DNA of 52,392 bases, counting the filler, from Jimgerdemannia flammicorona (Eukaryota): the NCBI GenBank assembly GCA_003990765.1. It is 2 parts of 2 records of this genome, joined end to end, with 100 filler letters (N's around TTAATTAATTAA, not from the genome) between each part and the next. Parts side by side here need not be neighbours in the genome. Positions count along the whole stretch, not along the records: positions 26,251 to 52,392 come from RBNJ01000757.1; 1 more part is not named here. One strand, given 5' to 3'. The number at the start of each line of letters is the position of its first letter. Position 1 is the stretch's first letter. This document shows positions 46,899 to 52,392 of this stretch, piece by piece. The position numbers and the translations under genes were made by a program. The notes below the pieces were generated by a model. That model did not search any database, was not told where the DNA came from, and worked only from the letters and a program-made list of their open reading frames with translations.

Positions 46899-49800
46899 AC
46901 TTGGTGCCCATTGGCTAGTGATTCAAGATGAATCCCTCACTTTCAAGCTGAACAACGAACAACTGTCACTACCCGAACAACCATACAAACTGAGCCCCAA
47001 TACTCAGACAAGATGGATATGAGACCACCAGTATTCCACGGATATACCTCAGATGAATCAATCATTACCTTCATTGATGATTTTGAACAGTATACCATTG
47101 TAAGAACCCTGACAGCAGCACAGCAAGTAGCCCTCATGCCCTTCAGCCTATGAGGTTCTGCCAGAGCAGCATTCACAGCTGCAACCCATACAGGAAATGA
47201 TACCAATGCTATACTGACAGCACAGAAGACCTGGCTCCATAATATATATTATACAGATGAGATCAAGCAAGCCCTGAAGGATCAGCTCAATACAATATGC
47301 CAAAGAATGAGTGAGGATCTAAACACATTTTGTACCAGAATTTGATATCAGATAATTCTTGCAGATTATGCTGCTACTATCTAAGATCAAGTAGCTGAAG
47401 TCACCTTCATGAAAGGAGTCCATCCAGAAATAGCCATAGCCATCCACTCATCACCAGTGATTCTGGATCTGCCACAAAAGGTCACCTATGCTTAGTGATA
47501 CTGGATAGCCAGACACCCACAAGACCATATAATGGAGAGAGTTACAGGAGTCAGGATTGAAGCACCCAAGGCAACCAGTGTGATCTCTACCACAATGATC
47601 AATCAAAACACACCTCAGCCAAAAGCTACAGAGCAGCAAAAGAACAGTGACTCTATGGAGGAACTCACCAAAAGGTTTGCCGAAATGACTGCCCACCTGG
47701 GAGATATGGTAAAGGAAATTCAAGGAAGAGACTGCCACCTTGTTCAGAAGTTTGCCACCACTTCAAACAAGAAGAAAGGTACCTGCTACAGCTGCAGAGA
47801 AGAAGGCCACTACTCCTATAAATGCATGAGCGAAACCAAGTACAAGGCTCAACCAAGCAATGCTATACAAAACAAGGAGCAGACCAATACAATCACCTTT
47901 GAAGAAATCAGAGAATCTGATGAAGAGGAATGGGAGGCCTATCCTGCTCAGACCACCAAGAAGGATGTTTGCAAAGAACCCTACAAGAGACCACCAGGAA
48001 GACCCAAGAAGAACCTAGTAGAAAAGCAGATAGAAACTGCCACAGAAAGCCAAGCTGAAGAGATGGACCAAGATATCGAGCTGGAGCAAGTAGTTTAAAA
48101 TATCATCTGAGAAACCACTCCAGCCAGTGAAGGAGAAAAAGAAAAGAAGCTTCGCAAGACCAAGACCTTCAAGTATGATATCTTCAAGGATCTCAGTCAA
48201 TAAAAGGTCAATGCAACCTTTGGTCAGCTCGCAGAAATCTCAACATTTAGACAGCAAATGAGGTTTGGACTTGCCGAAACAACTAAGGAACAAGGATGGA
48301 AGATAACTGAGGCCAATAATGTTCAAGAGGACTCAGGAGAAGAAAGTGAGGATAATCACAAAATCTCTGTATACGCAACATGCCAAATCAAAGATAGAAT
48401 CTTTGAAGCCATCATCGATATGAGAGCAGGAGGATATCTCCTTAGCAAGAAGGCAGCGGACTGCCTAGGTTGGGATGTAGAAGAAGCAACTAAGCTGGTA
48501 TTCATTACAGCTGATGGCACAAGAGCCACACCTCTGGGAAAGATCTGAGATATTCCCATCAAGATTAGAGAAGCAATAATCTCAGTAGATGTAATTGTAA
48601 TCAATGCCACCAACTATGACATCCTCATCGGTAATCAATGGCTTCACAAAGCCAAGACAGTAATCAATCTCAATGCTCAGAAGATGCAGATCACCTACCA
48701 GGGACAGAAGATATAAATTCCCATCAATGTCAACAAAGAAGTCCTGCCTGATATGGAGGAAGAAGAGAGTGAGCAAGAGGAAGCTTATATGGTAACTACT
48801 CTAAAGAAAGTTGGATAGATGAGTGAAGAAGAATGGTGCAAGAAGATGGCAGAAGGCTATACACCACAAGGAGTCTGTCCTCATGGGATCAAGATATACT
48901 GTATGGAGTATGTCAATAATTACTACCAGTGCACCATTGGAATCAGGAAGATCCACCAGGAAAGAAGGCAGAAAGCTCTTGAAAAACAAATCAGAGAAGA
49001 AGAGAAGGAGGAAGATGATGAACCACCAGCTCTCCTGGAGGACAGTGATGATGAAGAAGAAATCAAGGTCAAGATTCGAAAGATCCACCCTGATGCAGTC
49101 TTGCCAGAATACAAGTCAGAAAATGTAGCTGGAATGGACATTACTATAATAAAAAAGACTGTACTGGAACCCCAGATAACCACCCTACTTGCAACTGGAC
49201 TGGAGATGACCATCCCAAAGGATCATATCAGGATTCTCAAGACAAGAAGCAGTCTGGCTAGAAGTGAAATCACAATCGAAGGAAGAGTCATCAATTCAGA
49301 CTATACTGGAGAAATTCTACTCATTGCTAGGAATCACAATCCTACAATCCCATTTCCAGTCAAGAAGAAGGACTGATTGATGCAAATGTTGATCTTTCCG
49401 ATGCTACAACCAAAGATCATAGAAGTTAAGAAGCTGGAGGAAATGAAAAGAGGAAAGAAAGGATTTGGATCTACAGGAAGAGGAGTATTCACCAATACCA
49501 AGATTACCAAACTTGAGCATAAGAAGGAGGAAAACACAAGCAAGCACAGCTACACTATCAGAAATGAATTTTCACTCAAGAAAGAACTCAAGGAAATACT
49601 CCACAAATTTGAAGATATCCTTGCCACAGATTTCAAGGATATCAAAGGAAAGATCTCATACTACTATCATGAAGTAGATACTGGAGACACTGAACCAATT
49701 TATCAGAAGGCAAGACCTGTCCTACCAGCCTACCAAGAATGGCTCAGAGAAGAAATCAAGCAGATGGAAGAAGCCAGCATCATTAAAGAAGCAAGCAGCC

Positions 49801-51270
49801 CCTGGTCCTCACCTATTTTACTAGCCCTAAAAAAAGGCAGCAAGCCTGGAGAATTCACCCCAAGACTCTGTGTTGACTACAGAAAGCTCAACATGGTTAC
49901 CAAGAAGGATCGCCAACTACTGCCCCTCATCAATGACATCCTCATAATACTGGGAGACAAAGTACAGTACTACAGTACTTTGGACTTATACTCAGGATTC
50001 CACCAAATCGGACTCACAGATATGGCAAGTGAAAAATCAGCTTTCATCACTCCAGATGGAACCTATGTCTACCTATGAATGCCATTTGGAATGTGTAATA
50101 TACTAGCAAGTTTCTAGCAAATAATGAACAAAATCTTCCACTATGACATAGAAAGATGAATGATGGTCTATATTGATGATATAATCATCTACAGTCAGAT
50201 ACCAGAAGAATACCTGCAGTATATCTGGTAGATAATAGAAAGACTGAGAAAGCATGGCCTATACATCAAGCTCAAAAAATGTAAATTCACAGAAATTAAG
50301 ATTTTCTATCTCAGCCACATCATCAACCAAGATGGAACACACATGAACCCCCTCAAGATACAAGCAGTGACAGCATACCCAAGACCCACTACTGTTATGG
50401 AAGCCCAAGCCTTCATGGGACTTGCCTCCTATTATCACAGATTTATTAGAGGATTTTCTAATATTGCAGGACCAATCTATGAACTTAATAAGAAGGATAC
50501 CAAGTTCCAGTAGACCGACAGACAACAAAAAGCATTTGATGAACTCAAGGTCAGACTGACCCAGGCACCCATCCTTAGAAGACCTGACTGGACTCAAGAA
50601 TTCATCCTACAGACTGATGCAAGTGCACAAGGACTAGGAGCAGTCCTAGCTCAAAAGAAAGATAAAGTGGAGTATATCATCACATATCTCAGCTGCAGAA
50701 CTTGAGGAGCTGAAAAAGAATATGAATCCTATAAGTTGAAATACCTCACAGTTATCTGGGCAGTAGAAAAGTTCTACTACTACTTGGCTGGAAGACACTT
50801 CACCATCCAAATGGACCACTCAGCTCTCACCTGGCTACTGACAACCAGACAATCCAAAGGAATCTATGCTAGATAGATAATGAAGTTGTAAGCTTATGAC
50901 ATAACCATCATATACTGCTCTGGAAGAACCAATGCCAATGCTGATGCTCTCTCATGGACACCCCAAACTACCTCCAACCAACAAATCAATCATGAATAAG
51001 GAGCTCTACTACAGAATTATCACATACCTGGGACAGTGAAAGATGCCCCAACATCTGGAAGAATGGACACAAATGATTATCAACAGAACATGGAAATAAT
51101 TCGAAACTGATGGAAAAACACTGAAGAAAGGAAAACTACTAGTCATACTAGAACACAAGAAGGAGCAAGCAATGAAATCAGTATACAAACTTGGCCATCT
51201 AAGAGGAACAAATACATATGACAAGGTAAGGAGAACAATATAGTGGCCAGGGATGGAGGAAGATATCAGA
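46432..51270 (+). mobile_element. Ty3/Gypsy element C (Gag, PR, CPH mini-domain, dUTPase, RT, RNase H, start of integrase), 3'-truncated and decayed
   Basis: RPPVFHG, knuckle CYSCREEGHYSYKC, AIIDMRA (degenerate DTG), dUTPase (AGMD, RSSLA, INSDYTGEI, RGKKGFGSTG), SPWSSP..RLCVDYRKLN, VYIDD, TDASAQGLGAVL, GH...WPGMEEDIR. Confidence 0.92.
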
Positions 51271-52392
51271 CCAGCTCCTTTCTCTGCTACCTTACCAGTC
51301 ACAAGGTTTGGTAGGTGACCTTCTAAGTCCCCTTTCCCCTATTATTACCCCCTCTACTTCGGGTTGGTTTGCTGTGCCTGCAGGGGCATGGTGGGAGGAG
51401 GGCAATGGTGATGAGTTGCCCCTTTATCGGTGTTAGATCGGTGCTTCCTCCACTTTTTCGCAGATTCTAGTGCCTTCAGCTACATCTGGGGTGTACCCGT
51501 TTTGGTACGGCACCTTCTTCCTTTTGCCATTGCCAACAAGGTATTGTCTCAGTGTGTCTTGGGCTATGTAGGGAGTCAGCTGACCTTGGGCATCAAGTGC
51601 TCAGTGTAGGTTACCTGCAGGTCTTCGGTGCCTGTAGTGGGGCCCTCTGGCTTTGGCAAGCTTCCCGGCAAGCATGGTTCTGGCATAGGTGACTGCTTTT
51701 CGGGTGTTGTTGGGATGGGAGGGGAGATGGCCGTCACAGATAGGTGGAAGGGTGATTACAGCAGACCTATAGGGTGCCAGGCTGGGGGCGGTCATCAGGG
51801 CTGGGGCAGGTGCTGCTTCAGTGGGGCCTTTTGATTGGTGCAGCGCAGTTAGGTGGTAGGTGTCACTATCAGCTTCATTTGGCGGTCAGCGGGGTTGGGC
51901 CCCAGTCATCAGGGGGAGTCAGGAGGCCTGAGGCTACCCATTTCAGGCATCTTGGCTGCACTCAACTGGAACCAGGAGCTGACATGGCAACATGATCGAG
52001 GCCTGCAGGCTTGAGTAGTGGGGTATTGGGGGTTTCCTCCCACCTCATGTGTAAGTCCTTTACTCACCTCAACTGGGAGAACCAGGCCCTACCCACCATA
52101 TTGTGCTTTGATGAGGGTTTTTTTATTTACCTGTCATTCTCTTTGGGGTGGCAGGGGCTATTCTATTCGGCTTGGGCGTGGCCTTGTATATACATTGGGT
52201 TCTCAGGTATGCGCTTTCAGTCATTGGCATATGGTTGGGTTTCCTCTGGTGGTAGGGAGAGCATGGTGCACAGAATGAGGTGCAGGCCAATATAGGCCCT
52301 GCTGCGCCTGGCATGGTCGAGCTGCTGGACAATAGCTAGCCTAGGTTAATGGGGGGGCAGTGCTTGGTGGGTGGTGGGGGAGGGTTTTGGCC
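51271..52392. mobile_element. Unclassified G-rich repeat fragment, possibly the 5' region of a LINE
   Basis: Abrupt compositional switch that truncates the element C integrase. The G-rich plus strand resembles the LINE at 24000-26150. No diagnostic motif seen. Confidence 0.3.

Noticed and set aside
49060..49480. dUTPase as a counter-defence against the observed C-to-T decay
   Set aside because: dUTPase cleans the nucleotide pool and would not prevent deamination of genomic (methyl)cytosine. Both carriers are decayed.

Overview
This is eukaryotic DNA, probably from an intron-rich early-diverging fungus (Mucoromycota-like; inferred from gene and TE families). It consists of two contigs joined by an artificial N44-TTAATTAATTAA-N44 linker (26151-26250). 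The left contig is a CpG-depleted nest of decayed retroelements. An L1/Tx1-like LINE was invaded by a Ty3/Gypsy chromovirus (A, minus strand). A is interrupted by a full-length sister element (B, 13377-22426, plus strand) carrying a dUTPase and an extra 3' ORF. B's 5' LTR region was then hit by the most unusual object in the window: a 9-kb quasi-palindromic head-to-head dimer of an endonuclease-less Penelope-like element (PLE, 4085-13101). It has 4.4-kb arms, a 180-bp hairpin-rich loop, one poly(A) tail, a putative -1 frameshift between ORF1 and RT, and a ~720-bp flanking direct duplication. The right contig starts with CpG-normal host DNA. It holds two divergently transcribed orphan paralogs, three copies of a ~1.2-1.4 kb dispersed repeat, and a multi-exon SAM/coiled-coil/LRR gene with 16 one-repeat-per-exon LRR modules. 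It ends with a decayed Ty1/Copia element, a second dUTPase-bearing Gypsy element (C) with permuted domain order, and an unclassified G-rich fragment. All alignments were made by eye; no database searches were run.
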